The notes beneath the pieces are model-generated. The model was not told the DNA's origin. It did no database searches and saw only the letters and a program-made list of their open reading frames with translations. Shown here one piece after another: positions 1 through 10,568 of a DNA stretch of 64,000 bases (position 1 is its first letter; the number at the start of each line of letters is the position of its first letter). The translations under genes and the position numbers were made by a program. The stretch comes from Verrucomicrobiales bacterium (GTDB lineage: Bacteria > Verrucomicrobiota > Verrucomicrobiia > Verrucomicrobiales > V1-33): assembly GCA_031411295.1 (NCBI GenBank), contig JANOAV010000041.1, positions 29,282 to 93,281 of the forward strand. The letters are read 5' to 3'.

Positions 1-2
1 AA

Positions 3-1400
3 TCCATCAAAATTGACTTCGGAGCCACCAAAATTTACCCCGGAGACAACCTTGTCATCCAGTGGCCCATGCGCGCTCCGGTCAACGCGCCCTCCGCTGG
101 CGAAGTAGCTTGGAATTCCTTCGGCTACATCGCCACGCGGGACGACGATGGTTCCTCGTTGCTGGCTTCCGAGCCGATCAAGACCGGTATTTCCATCAAA
201 CCTTCGGAACCACCCTTCTATGGCGATTACGTCTGGAATGATGCCAACAAAAACGGCCTGCAAGACGCCGATGAAGATGGCGTCAATGGCGTCCGCGTCG
301 AATTTTATCGCGATAACGGAGATCAGTTGAACAATCCGGCTAACGATACCTTAATCGGCTTCACCACCACCGCCTTCGATGGCACCCGGGATGGAGCTTA
401 CCTCTTCGCTAACATGGGCGCGGGCAACTACTATGCCATCGTCATTCCCCCGCCCGACTGGGGCATTTCCCCTCAGGACCAAGGCTCGGATGACGTGGAC
501 TCGGATGGTGCGGCCATCATTTACCAGGGCGGACGGGCCGCCCTCATGCCCCTTACTACCCTGGATGCTCTGGAGGAAGACCGCACTTGGGACCAAGGCA
601 TCTACGACCGCAGTGGCCAGCCCTCCGTCTGGGCCATGGTGACCATGGACAACGGACAGTCACTCCTGGGCGGACGCTTTCTTACCAGCCATGGCCTGCC
701 CCGCCGCAACATCGTCCGCGTGAATGCTGATGGCGGAGTGGACCGCACCTTCACCCCCGGCTCAGGCTTCAATGGCGAAGTGCGCTCGCTCGCTCTGCGC
801 AGCGATGGCCAGATTGTGGCCGGCGGCAGCTTCACCAGCTACAACGGAAAGGCCGCCAACGGAGTCGCGCTCATCAGCGCCAATGGGACCAGCAGCATCC
901 CCCTGCCGACACCGGATGCGGCCAACGTGCGCTGGGTAGGCGTCGCCAATGAAGGCATGTATATCGGCGGAGCCTTCAACAGCGTCGGCGGCAACCCCCG
1001 TCGCAACCTCGCCCGACTCACCACTGCGGGCACCCTGGACACCGGGTTCGATTCCTCCAACGGAGCCAACGGCATTATCAACACCGGGGCCGTGCAAGCT
1101 GATGGCAAGATCATCATTGCCGGCAACTTCACCAGCTACAACGGCAGCTCCTGCCCCCGCATCGCTCGGATCAATACGAATGGCAGTATTGACAGCAGCT
1201 TCAATCCCTCTAGTGGAGCGAACGGAGAAGTCTTCAGTTTGAAAATGCTCGAAGATGGGCGCATCATCCTCACGGGTAGTTTCACCGCCTTCAACAACCA
1301 GCCCTGCAACGGCACCATGCGCCTCATGCCGGACGGCAGCCAGGACCCCACCATCGCTCCCTCCGCACTCACCGTCGATTCGATTCAGTCCGCCCATTGA
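3..1400 (+). CDS. C-terminal part of a large surface protein: SdrD B-like domain followed by delta-60-type beta-propeller repeats (5'-truncated by the window edge)
   Basis: Frame is open from position 3. GDYVWNDANKNGLQDADE..GVNGVRVE is SdrD_B-like. Repeats ALRSDGQIVAGGSF, AVQADGKIIIAGNF and RINTNGSIDSSFN are delta-60-like. Confidence 0.8.
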   Translation, partial: SIKIDFGATKIYPGDNLVIQWPMRAPVNAPSAGEVAWNSFGYIATRDDDGSSLLASEPIKTGISIKPSEPPFYGDYVWNDANKNGLQDADEDGVNGVRVEFYRDNGDQLNNPANDTLIGFTTTAFDGTRDGAYLFANMGAGNYYAIVIPPPDWGISPQDQGSDDVDSDGAAIIYQGGRAALMPLTTLDALEEDRTWDQGIYDRSGQPSVWAMVTMDNGQSLLGGRFLTSHGLPRRNIVRVNADGGVDRTFTPGSGFNGEVRSLALRSDGQIVAGGSFTSYNGKAANGVALISANGTSSIPLPTPDAANVRWVGVANEGMYIGGAFNSVGGNPRRNLARLTTAGTLDTGFDSSNGANGIINTGAVQADGKIIIAGNFTSYNGSSCPRIARINTNGSIDSSFNPSSGANGEVFSLKMLEDGRIILTGSFTAFNNQPCNGTMRLMPDGSQDPTIAPSALTVDSIQSAH

Positions 1401-1524
1401 ACCTTAAAGGGTTTTACAGCGGCCTCCACGGCTCGCCCTACGCGTCTTGGCAGGCGGAGCGCATTGACTTCAGGCACGTTAAACGAGACTGACTCCCGAG
1501 CACATGACTCCTTTCACACGTTCC

Positions 1525-2781
1525 ATGAAACCATCCATCCTCCTGCTTACCCTCGCCACGCTGACGCCACTCTGTGCTGAAGTTACTTTCAAGAAACAAA
1601 CCCTCACCACCGAGTTCGTGGCCGAAGGCTGTGACATGGCTGATTTCAACCATGATGGCCACATGGACATCACGGCGGGTTGCTCCATCTGGTATGGACC
1701 GGACTTTGCCAAACAAGTCAATTTCACCCCGCCCAGTGTGAACGCGGATGGTCCCACCAAGACACCGTATAATCCGGCCAAGGGCTATTCGGACTATTTC
1801 CTGGCTTACGCCTACGACTTCAATGGCGACACTTGGGCAGACATCCTCGTCTATGGTTTGCCAGGCGAGCCAGCGTTGCTTTACATCAATCCCCAAGGGA
1901 AACCGGGCGATTGGGCGAAGCACAACATTTTCGATGTGGCGGATGGCGAATCGCCCGATTTGAAAGACATGAATGGCGATGGCAAACCGGAGTTGCTAGT
2001 GCATTCCAGCAACCCCAACAAACCCAAGGAAGCCAACGGCATCGGTGGTGGACAACTTGGCTATGCCGAAATCGACTGGGCCAATCCCCTGGCCAAGGCC
2101 CGCTTCCGTCCCATTACCCCGAAGTCCCCCGAGAACGATCAGAAATACATGCGCTACACCCACGGCTACGGAGCGGGCGATGTGAATGGCGATGGCCGCA
2201 TGGACATCCTCAACAAGGAAGGCTGGTGGGAACAACCTGCGGATACGAAGACCGATAAAAATTGGGTGCTGCATCCCGCGGCGTTTACGCAGCCCGGCGT
2301 GCGTGGTGGCTCGTTCATGTATGCCTATGATGTGAATGGCGATGGCAGAAACGATGTCATCACCAGCTACGATGCCCATGGCTTCGGCCTCGGATGGTTC
2401 GAGCAGAATGCGGATGGCAGTTTCAAGGAACACAAAATCATGGGCAGCAAACCCGAGGAAAATGCCCAAGGCGCGAAGTTCAGCCAACTTCACTCCATGC
2501 GTCTGGTGGATGTGGATGGCGATGGCCTGCTCGACCTCGTAACCGGCAAACGCCGCTGGGCCCACGGCCCCATGACGGACGATGAACCCAACGCCGACCC
2601 CGTGCTCTATTGGTTCCAACTCAAGCGCGACGGCAAAGGGGGCGCGGAATATATCGCGCATAAAATCGACGCTGACAGCGGAGTCGGCACCCAAGTCACC
2701 ACGGGCGACCTGAACAAAGACAAAAAGCCGGACATCATCGTCGCCAACAAAAAAGGCGTGTTTGTGTTTACGCAGGCGTAA
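1525..2781 (+). CDS. Secreted FG-GAP/VCBS repeat protein
   Basis: Signal peptide MKPSILLLTLATLTPLCA; multiple D-x-N/D-GDG-x-x-D motifs (DFNHDGHMD, DVNGDGRMD, DVDGDGLLD). Confidence 0.85.
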   Translation: MKPSILLLTLATLTPLCAEVTFKKQTLTTEFVAEGCDMADFNHDGHMDITAGCSIWYGPDFAKQVNFTPPSVNADGPTKTPYNPAKGYSDYFLAYAYDFNGDTWADILVYGLPGEPALLYINPQGKPGDWAKHNIFDVADGESPDLKDMNGDGKPELLVHSSNPNKPKEANGIGGGQLGYAEIDWANPLAKARFRPITPKSPENDQKYMRYTHGYGAGDVNGDGRMDILNKEGWWEQPADTKTDKNWVLHPAAFTQPGVRGGSFMYAYDVNGDGRNDVITSYDAHGFGLGWFEQNADGSFKEHKIMGSKPEENAQGAKFSQLHSMRLVDVDGDGLLDLVTGKRRWAHGPMTDDEPNADPVLYWFQLKRDGKGGAEYIAHKIDADSGVGTQVTTGDLNKDKKPDIIVANKKGVFVFTQA

Positions 2782-2833
2782 ATTCGCAGCATTAGTAAGG
2801 TAGCGCCTCTCTGCTTTTAATTACTCATTACCC

Positions 2834-5800
2834 ATGAAATGTTTTGTTTCCCTAACGTTAAGTTTGCTTCTGACGGACCTCGCTCCAGCTCAAACACTTT
2901 CAGCCAACGATCCTTACCGCCTCTGGGCGGAATCGAAATGGGGAACTGCCATCGTCTCTGACTCAGCGAAGAAAGCCACTGTCTGGGGCGAAACTGCTGA
3001 TCCGGACAAAGACACCGTCCCCAACTTGGTGGAATACGCTCTGGGGACTGATCCCAAAATTTCTACACCATCACCACGACCCACCGTTCAGATGGACGGA
3101 GGCAAACCCTCCGCTTTTCTCTTCAGCATCGTTCGTCGCACCGATGATCCGGCTCTCATTGTGGTCCCCCAGATTTCGTCCGATCTCTCCTGGTGGTCTC
3201 CAGAAATCCCTGCCGATACCTTCACCTGGTCTGGAGATCAGCAATTCTTCTACAAAATCCCCCCTGCTTCAGGAGCCATTAGCACGGTGCTTCCGCCGTT
3301 CACAGAGGAAACGTTCATCCACCCCATCGCATCATACGAAGCGAACGCTTGCTTTGCCCGCCTCACGGTAAAGCGCAGCGGTGCCACCGCCAGCACAGCG
3401 CTTTTCGACGACCTCCGTCTGCCCGAAACCGTTACAGGCACTCCCGGTTCCACCGTCGAATCCACTTCTATCGTTCCCACTGGTTTTGCCGGAACCATTA
3501 CTCTCAGCGTCAATGGCGGAGCCCACCTCATCGTCGATGGCGTGGACCTGGGATCGTCTGCCGCAGTCTCCGCCAATAGCCGTGTCTTCCTCCGTGCGGC
3601 CACTCCACTCCAGGCGGATTTTCAATATTCCTATACCCTCAACTTCGGGGGCCTCTATTCCACAATCTGGAATGCGATCAGCCGCGCCCAATGGTCACCA
3701 ACAGCTGTCGCAGGCACGCCTTCCGGTTACACTCCCGTCAATGCCAGCGTCAACGAGTCTGGTGCCGCCGAAATTTCCATCCCCATCACGGTCCCTCCCG
3801 GCACGGCGGGTATGGAGCCGAAGCTGGCCATCGGCTATTCCAGTCAAGGAGGTAATGGAATGCTCGGCGTTGGTTTCTCCCTCTCCGGGCTCTCTCAAAT
3901 CAGCCGCACTGGGGCCACGCAATTTCACGATGGCTTCAAAGGCGGGGTCAATTTCGACTCCAAAGACCGCTACCTGCTCGATGGCCAGCGGCTCATTCTG
4001 GTCGCTGGCACCTGGGGCGCAGCCAATTCCGAATACCGCACGGAAATGGAGTCCTTTTCTCGGATCCGGCTGCTCCCCAACTCCAGCGGAGCCCTCTTAT
4101 ATTGGGAAGTCCAGACCAAAGCCGGCCTGACTATCCGCCTTGGTGACAGCAACGATTCACGGAGCTTTGCGCAGCGCTTCTCCGGGGACACCGCTATTCT
4201 CTCATGGTCGTCTGCCTCCATCACCGACACTAACGGAAATCAAATCCTCTTCGACTACGCCACTCCATCAGGGCTCGAAATCGGTCACAAGCGCATCGAG
4301 TCCATCACCTACGCCACAAACACCACAACTTCTCCGCCGCTCGCTGCTGCTTCACAGGTTTTCTTCGAGTATGAAAATCGAGATGATGACCCCTCCTCAT
4401 GGGTTGGCGGGGCGCAAATATCCGTTCGCATGAGGCTAAGCGCCATTGAGTGCCGTCACGCGGGGTCGGCAGCACGGAGATATGAGCTGGCCTACCAATA
4501 CAGTGCCGATACGCAGGCTTCCCAGTTAACGGAAATTGTGGAAAAGCTGCGCAGTCCATCGGGTGGACCAATGCAAAGTTTGCCGCCCACTACTTTTGCT
4601 TGGCAAACCAACGGAGGCACGGTGCAGTTTGGCGATCCCTTAAGAACGACCATCAAAAACTGGGGAGCTACGAACGTGGACGATATCGTTGGCGATTTCT
4701 CAGGCGATGGCGTCACGGATGTCCTCGTCTTCAATACGACACGTGAGCAATTCGATTTGTATGTAAACAATGGAGTTGGGAGTTTTTCCAGCCCGATTGA
4801 AACGCCTGTGCGCGGAAAAAATACCGCCTATGCTGGCGCTAGAACGAGAAATTTCATTGGGGACTTCGACGCTGATGGCTTCATGGACGTGGCGACAATG
4901 GAGCCAGACACATCTTCATACTCTTTCCATTTTGGAGGGATTGGCGGGCTTTCAGATGCAATAATCACCACCATTACCCCGATTGACACACCAAACCATC
5001 CAACTATTACGGGAGATTTTAATGGTGATGGCAGAACAGATTTCCTAGCTTGGGTGAGGGTAGCTTCAATCGATCCTGACCCGGCTTACTATCCTTATTT
5101 TTCCAATGGCCGGAGCTTTACCCGTAAATCACCAGGATTACCTAGCTGGGACAACGCTACTTTGTTCCCACAGCAAATTGCCGCCGATTTTAATGGAGAC
5201 GGCATGTCGGATGTCCTTCTATGGCATGTCCCAGGAGCAACCTCTCGCTACAATTTGCTCGTTTCAAACGGTGATGGCACTTTCCAGCCCGCAGTAAATA
5301 CTGACATCGATTCCTGGGACAACCCGGCAGTCCAGAACATTCCCGGAGACTTCAACGGTGATGGACTCATGGATTTGATGGTGTGGCATAAGCCGTTGGA
5401 AAATAATCGATTCAATTTATACACAAACACTGGCAGAAATGGGAAATTCATCCTTACTGCAACAAACGTGCGAACCGACGATCAACCAAATGTGCTTCGC
5501 CAGGCTTCCAGTGATTTTAATGGAGATGGACTGATGGATATGTTCATGTGGGAGGGAAGCATTGATCGCCACTACATCTACAGTTCGAACGGAAAGCAGG
5601 GATTTAACGCAGCTAAAGACTCCGGCGTCCCCTCAGATACCGACCCTCGACGCCTATCACAATTAGGCGACTTCAATGGCGATGGGCGTTCAGATGTTCT
5701 GGTTTGGGACAAGCCTTTTGATAACAACCGCTACAACCTCTATCTGAGTAATGGTCCTCAGCCGGACCTTGTGGCTTCGGTCAAAAATGGCCATGGGGGC

Positions 5801-8800
5801 AGCACAACATTTTCCTACAAGCCACTGACGGACAAAGCGGTCTTCACCCGGGGCAGTGGTTCACTTTATCCCTGCTACGACCTTCAAGCCTCAATGCATG
5901 TAGTTAGTTCTATATCAACTTCGAATGGCACTTTCGCACAGTTTTCTCCCGGAGGAGGTGATTCAAATTTCCCGCTGTCCACCACCATTTCCTACACCTA
6001 CGAAAAAGCATGGATGTGCCTCGATGGTCGTGGCTTCCGTGGTTTCCAGGCCATCGAGGCTCAAAACGAAGAAACCGGCATTCGCAGCCGCACGGAGTCC
6101 ATCGGCACCGACCCCGTTCTTGCAGGGCACCCTACGCGACAGGTCACCATGCTCGCCAATGGCCGGAAGATTCAGGAAACAATCACGCAGTGGACCTACA
6201 AGACCTTCAATTTCACCAACGCTGGCAAGACTGACAGCAGCTACTTCCCGTATGCCAATCGCACCACGGAGATGGAATACGACATCTCTAGGCCCAGTCA
6301 GGAACCGCCCTTCAAGACCACCATTCACCGTGGGGTTACTTACGATAACTACGGCAACCTGACCAACTCCACCACCGAGTGGGATGGTGGATTTCTCGAA
6401 GTGACAGACTCCGTTTACTATCCGCCCGACCTCACCAAATGGTGGCTGGGACGGCTCTCAGTGACCACTGTTACACAAATTCAGCCCAACGGAACAGGCG
6501 GCACCACTTCCGCCACCCGTCGCTCCCGCTTCGACTACTCTCCCACCAACGGCCAAGTCGTTCAGGAGGTCATCGATACCACGGATGCCGCCGAAAAGCT
6601 CTGGAAAACCTACGAGCACGACGGCTATGGAAATATCAAGAAAAGCGTGCTGGAGGACATCGGCACCGGGGAGAAGCGCACCACCCTCACTCGCTACTCT
6701 GCGGATGGCCGATTCGTCACCGAAACCGAAAACGACTTCGGCCATATAGAGCATCAAACCCACGATCCTCTCACTGGAAACGTCCTCACCCGCACCGGAC
6801 CGAACGGTCTCACCAGCATCGTGGAGTATGATTTCCTAGGCCGCCCTCTGCGGGAGCACCGCCCGGATGGCACCGAGAGCCTCACCCAATACCTACGCTA
6901 CACCAGCAGCGCTACTTTGCCCAAAGCCACTACCCACGGAGTCCTCACGCAGACGGCGGGGGCCAGTTGGAAGGCTGCTTATTTCGACGTGGTGGACCGG
7001 GAAATTCATTCCTCCACTCCCCACTACAATGGCCAGATTCTCCATGCCCGGAAAGTCTTCAACGAGCGGGGCGAAGTCACCAAAGCCCACCTGCCCTACT
7101 TCGGCAATACTCCCGGAATCTATACCGAATTCCAGTATGACGAAATCAGCCGTCAGAAAAAGGATATCGCCCCCGGCAACCGCCAGACCAGCACCGCCTA
7201 CAGCGGTCTTACCGCCACGGTCACGAATCCCGTCAGCCAGCAATTTTCCACCTCCGCCGATGTCCGGGGCCGCACTGCCAGCAGCACCGCTTTCGGAAGT
7301 CAGACCGTCACCAATTCCCACGATCCCTACGGCAATCTACTGAAGGTGGATGACAATCGAGGGCACCTCACTAGCATGGCCTACAACGTCCGGGGTTTCA
7401 AAACCTCCATGACCGAGCCCAACAGCGGCACCACCAGCTACAAATACAATGCCTTCGGGGAACTCAAGGAGCAGACCGATGCCTTGGGGCGCAAAACCAC
7501 GCTGAAATACGACAAACTCGGACGCCTCATCGAACGCACGGAGCCGGAGGGCACCACCGTCTGGACCTACGACACTGCCGCCAACGGCATCGGCAAACTC
7601 GCCCGCCTCTACCGCGTGACCGATGGCTATGAGGAAACCTATCGCTACGATTCCCTCGGACGCCCGGTCGAGACCGCCTACCATATCGGCAACGCCCATT
7701 TCGTCACGGGCACCACCTACGACGAATACGGACGCCCGCTTGTCGTCACCTACCCCACAGGCTTCGCCATTCGGAATGATTACACCGCAGATGGCTTCCT
7801 CCGCAGCGTCAAGGATGCCTTCACTGGAGCCGTCTTCTGGACCGCCATTGCCTACAACGACCGGGGCCAGCTCACCGAGGAGGATTTCGGCAATTTCATC
7901 AGCTCCCAGCGGGCCTACGATCCCGAGACTGGCTTCCTCCAGAGCATCCTCACTGGCAACCGCACGGGCGGCCCCGGAAGCGTCATCAATTCCCACGTCC
8001 AAACGCTCTCCTACGAGTTCAACGACATCGGAAATCTCACCCGGCGGAAGAACGACAACCTCGACGACACCTCAGGCAATCGCGGCATCTGGGAGAATTT
8101 CACCTACGACACTGCCAACCGCCTGACGAACATCGCTTCCAACGGTCATGCTGCCGAGGTCATCGGTTACAATTCAATGGGCAACATCACGTCCAAAACG
8201 GGCGTCGGTGGCTACACCTATTCCGGCATCAATGCCGGACCCCACGCCGTCACCAGCATCACGGGCAGCACCACGGGCCAGAACCGCACCCTCACCTACG
8301 ACGCTGCGGGCAACTGCATCCGCAATGGCGACACCACCATCACCTACACCTCGTCGAACCAGCCCGCCACCCTGACCAAGGGCACCACCACTCTGCATTT
8401 CTCCTATTCCCCAGGCCGGGCCCGCTACCGTCAGGTAGAGCGGCTGGGCACCGCCGAGCGGACCAAGCTCTACATCGGCGGCCTCTATGAAAAAGAGACC
8501 GACAGTGCCGGAAACACCACCCACACCCACTTCATCCCCGGCGGCAGCGGAGTCGTGGCCATCCACACCATCAGCCAGCCCTCCACCGGAGCCGCCACCA
8601 CCAAGACGCGCTACGTCCACAAAGACCACCTCGGCAGCATCCACGCCCTCACCCGAGAGGACGGCTCCATTGATGAACTCCTCTACTTCGACGCCTGGGG
8701 CCGCCGCCAAACATGGAACGCCACCACCCACGCCTTCACCACCGCCACCGTCACCTCCCAGACCGACCGCGGCTTCACCGGTCACGAAATGCTCGACGCC

Positions 8801-9868
8801 CTCGGCCTCGTCCACATGAACGGCCGCCTCTACGATCCGATTTTAGGCCGTTTCATGTCCGTGGACCCCATCGTGCAGGAAGCCGGGAATTTGCAGAATC
8901 TGAATCGGTATAGCTACGTGCTGAATAATCCTCTGAGTTTGACGGATCCGAGTGGGTTCTACGCGGAGTCTCGGCGTCCTCCCATAAACAATCCACGGAT
9001 AGATAATCGAATCAGATACTCTCCAAACCTTCCAGATATGTGGCGCGGAATAAATGATGGCGGGCCAATTCAATTTAGACCTATCACCCCAATCAGGCCC
9101 ATTGGCGGCCCCGCCTTGGGCGGCACCAATTTGTCACCAGGGCAATCAAATCACGCGATTTTGGCAGGAAATGACTCAAACACTGGTTCATCAGAAGTGA
9201 ATTCAGGGCGACCAAACCTTGGGAACCTGACTCCAAAGCAAAAACCTTGGGAACTTAATAGCGGAACCAGCATCCACCGCCAAGAAGTAGATAGACCTTA
9301 TGCAAATTCAACCTTGCAGGAGCTTGCTGATGCTTCCCCTCGATATGAAAAATTTGCGAACGGAGCAGCCACAGCAACAGGCGAATATCCCTTTGGGGAA
9401 AAGCTGCTAAGTTACGCAGAGGACGGAAAAAAGATCACAGGTGGCATGGGGCTGGCTGTGGATTCGACTATTGCATCCATTAGAGCAAACGACTTCCTGT
9501 TAATGCAGCAAGGTTACTATCCTGCTGTTGAGGGTGTGGATGTCGAGTTGGGGATGAAAAAAGTCGGGAAATTTATTGAGGTGGCCGACCTTGCCGTCAA
9601 CGTTGCTGCGTTCGCGAACCAACCAGATATGAAGAATGGGGTTGATGTAATTATATCTGCCGCAAGCACGGGGTTAGGGGGGGTAGGACAAGCCTTGGAA
9701 ATACCTTATACAGTTATGACTGAAACAAAAATCGGCCCATATATAGTTGGTTGGACCTTTTACAGTTGGAACCATTTAGCGGGAGATGGCAGCATGACGC
9801 GTGCGTCAACAAATTCGTTGATCAATGAAACACACTCTAGGATAGACCTGATCGGAGCAGGTCGCTGA
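2834..9868 (+). CDS. RHS/YD-repeat polymorphic toxin-like protein (signal peptide, SpvB-like N region, 7 FG-GAP repeats, TcdB-mid-like region, YD repeats, RHS core, variable C-terminal domain)
   Basis: IPITVPPGTAGMEPKLAIGYSSQGGNG; GRGFRGF; many YD repeats; core RGFTGHEMLDALGLVHMNGRLYDPILGRFMSVDP...NRYSYVLNNPLSLTDPSG. Confidence 0.92.
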   Translation: MKCFVSLTLSLLLTDLAPAQTLSANDPYRLWAESKWGTAIVSDSAKKATVWGETADPDKDTVPNLVEYALGTDPKISTPSPRPTVQMDGGKPSAFLFSIVRRTDDPALIVVPQISSDLSWWSPEIPADTFTWSGDQQFFYKIPPASGAISTVLPPFTEETFIHPIASYEANACFARLTVKRSGATASTALFDDLRLPETVTGTPGSTVESTSIVPTGFAGTITLSVNGGAHLIVDGVDLGSSAAVSANSRVFLRAATPLQADFQYSYTLNFGGLYSTIWNAISRAQWSPTAVAGTPSGYTPVNASVNESGAAEISIPITVPPGTAGMEPKLAIGYSSQGGNGMLGVGFSLSGLSQISRTGATQFHDGFKGGVNFDSKDRYLLDGQRLILVAGTWGAANSEYRTEMESFSRIRLLPNSSGALLYWEVQTKAGLTIRLGDSNDSRSFAQRFSGDTAILSWSSASITDTNGNQILFDYATPSGLEIGHKRIESITYATNTTTSPPLAAASQVFFEYENRDDDPSSWVGGAQISVRMRLSAIECRHAGSAARRYELAYQYSADTQASQLTEIVEKLRSPSGGPMQSLPPTTFAWQTNGGTVQFGDPLRTTIKNWGATNVDDIVGDFSGDGVTDVLVFNTTREQFDLYVNNGVGSFSSPIETPVRGKNTAYAGARTRNFIGDFDADGFMDVATMEPDTSSYSFHFGGIGGLSDAIITTITPIDTPNHPTITGDFNGDGRTDFLAWVRVASIDPDPAYYPYFSNGRSFTRKSPGLPSWDNATLFPQQIAADFNGDGMSDVLLWHVPGATSRYNLLVSNGDGTFQPAVNTDIDSWDNPAVQNIPGDFNGDGLMDLMVWHKPLENNRFNLYTNTGRNGKFILTATNVRTDDQPNVLRQASSDFNGDGLMDMFMWEGSIDRHYIYSSNGKQGFNAAKDSGVPSDTDPRRLSQLGDFNGDGRSDVLVWDKPFDNNRYNLYLSNGPQPDLVASVKNGHGGSTTFSYKPLTDKAVFTRGSGSLYPCYDLQASMHVVSSISTSNGTFAQFSPGGGDSNFPLSTTISYTYEKAWMCLDGRGFRGFQAIEAQNEETGIRSRTESIGTDPVLAGHPTRQVTMLANGRKIQETITQWTYKTFNFTNAGKTDSSYFPYANRTTEMEYDISRPSQEPPFKTTIHRGVTYDNYGNLTNSTTEWDGGFLEVTDSVYYPPDLTKWWLGRLSVTTVTQIQPNGTGGTTSATRRSRFDYSPTNGQVVQEVIDTTDAAEKLWKTYEHDGYGNIKKSVLEDIGTGEKRTTLTRYSADGRFVTETENDFGHIEHQTHDPLTGNVLTRTGPNGLTSIVEYDFLGRPLREHRPDGTESLTQYLRYTSSATLPKATTHGVLTQTAGASWKAAYFDVVDREIHSSTPHYNGQILHARKVFNERGEVTKAHLPYFGNTPGIYTEFQYDEISRQKKDIAPGNRQTSTAYSGLTATVTNPVSQQFSTSADVRGRTASSTAFGSQTVTNSHDPYGNLLKVDDNRGHLTSMAYNVRGFKTSMTEPNSGTTSYKYNAFGELKEQTDALGRKTTLKYDKLGRLIERTEPEGTTVWTYDTAANGIGKLARLYRVTDGYEETYRYDSLGRPVETAYHIGNAHFVTGTTYDEYGRPLVVTYPTGFAIRNDYTADGFLRSVKDAFTGAVFWTAIAYNDRGQLTEEDFGNFISSQRAYDPETGFLQSILTGNRTGGPGSVINSHVQTLSYEFNDIGNLTRRKNDNLDDTSGNRGIWENFTYDTANRLTNIASNGHAAEVIGYNSMGNITSKTGVGGYTYSGINAGPHAVTSITGSTTGQNRTLTYDAAGNCIRNGDTTITYTSSNQPATLTKGTTTLHFSYSPGRARYRQVERLGTAERTKLYIGGLYEKETDSAGNTTHTHFIPGGSGVVAIHTISQPSTGAATTKTRYVHKDHLGSIHALTREDGSIDELLYFDAWGRRQTWNATTHAFTTATVTSQTDRGFTGHEMLDALGLVHMNGRLYDPILGRFMSVDPIVQEAGNLQNLNRYSYVLNNPLSLTDPSGFYAESRRPPINNPRIDNRIRYSPNLPDMWRGINDGGPIQFRPITPIRPIGGPALGGTNLSPGQSNHAILAGNDSNTGSSEVNSGRPNLGNLTPKQKPWELNSGTSIHRQEVDRPYANSTLQELADASPRYEKFANGAATATGEYPFGEKLLSYAEDGKKITGGMGLAVDSTIASIRANDFLLMQQGYYPAVEGVDVELGMKKVGKFIEVADLAVNVAAFANQPDMKNGVDVIISAASTGLGGVGQALEIPYTVMTETKIGPYIVGWTFYSWNHLAGDGSMTRASTNSLINETHSRIDLIGAGR

Positions 9869-9894
9869 GTTTTTGGGCGTGAGTGCAATTACAG

Positions 9895-10243
9895 TCAGAT
9901 TCCGACCGTTCTTCCGGCCTCAATGACATCAAGAGCGGCCTCGCCATGCTCAAAGCTCAAAGGCTACCAGTCCAAGGCGGGGCAAGAAACACCCCTGTGG
10001 GCACAAGCCTTCGCAGGTCCCACCTTCCGGGGCCAAATCAAAAGCGGTTTCGCCAGCCTCTGCCCTGGCACCCCACCCGCCTACCTCGAAACCGCCTGCA
10101 GCGTCCTCATCGCCCTCACTGACAGCCCTCGCCCCGTCAGCGCCTCCACCATCCGCCGCCTCATCACCAAAGAAGGCACCGCCGCCCAAGCCGAAACACC
10201 CCGCTTCGTCGAAGACCTTACCCAAGTCGCCAACAAGTTGTAA
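9895..10243 (+). pseudogene. Frameshifted orphan coding fragment downstream of the RHS gene
   Basis: Host-like C-ending codons and no clear start. A tandem 7-bp duplication gctcaaa-gctcaaa at 9948-9961 shifts the frame between ...SGLAMLK and (K)GYQSKAG...ANKL*. Confidence 0.5.
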
Positions 10244-10259
10244 TTTGCCCCGCTATCCC

Positions 10260-10568
10260 ATGGCCAATTTTCACATCAAAAACACCACCTGCCCTCAGTG
10301 CACAAAGGAGAACCTCTGGTTCCAGTCCTCCGGCTGCTTTGGCAAAGGAAAGGTCGTCTGCCGCACCACCTATTTCTTGAAAAAAGACTGCGATTACCAG
10401 CGCGAGGCCAAAGCCAGGGAAGAATCCACGTTCAAAGACGCGAACCGCCGCGCCGAGTTGGTGCAATGCTACGGAACATGTAGGCGGTGGTTTGCGAAAT
10501 CGGCCATCCATCGGGATGGAATGTGCTATGAATGTTTCCGAGCGAGGAATAATGCAGATTGGCGATGA
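10260..10568 (+). CDS. Small Cys-rich putative zinc-binding protein
   Basis: CPQC, CYGTC and CYEC motifs plus further Cys; stop overlaps the next ATG (ATGA). Confidence 0.6.
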   Translation: MANFHIKNTTCPQCTKENLWFQSSGCFGKGKVVCRTTYFLKKDCDYQREAKAREESTFKDANRRAELVQCYGTCRRWFAKSAIHRDGMCYECFRARNNADWR

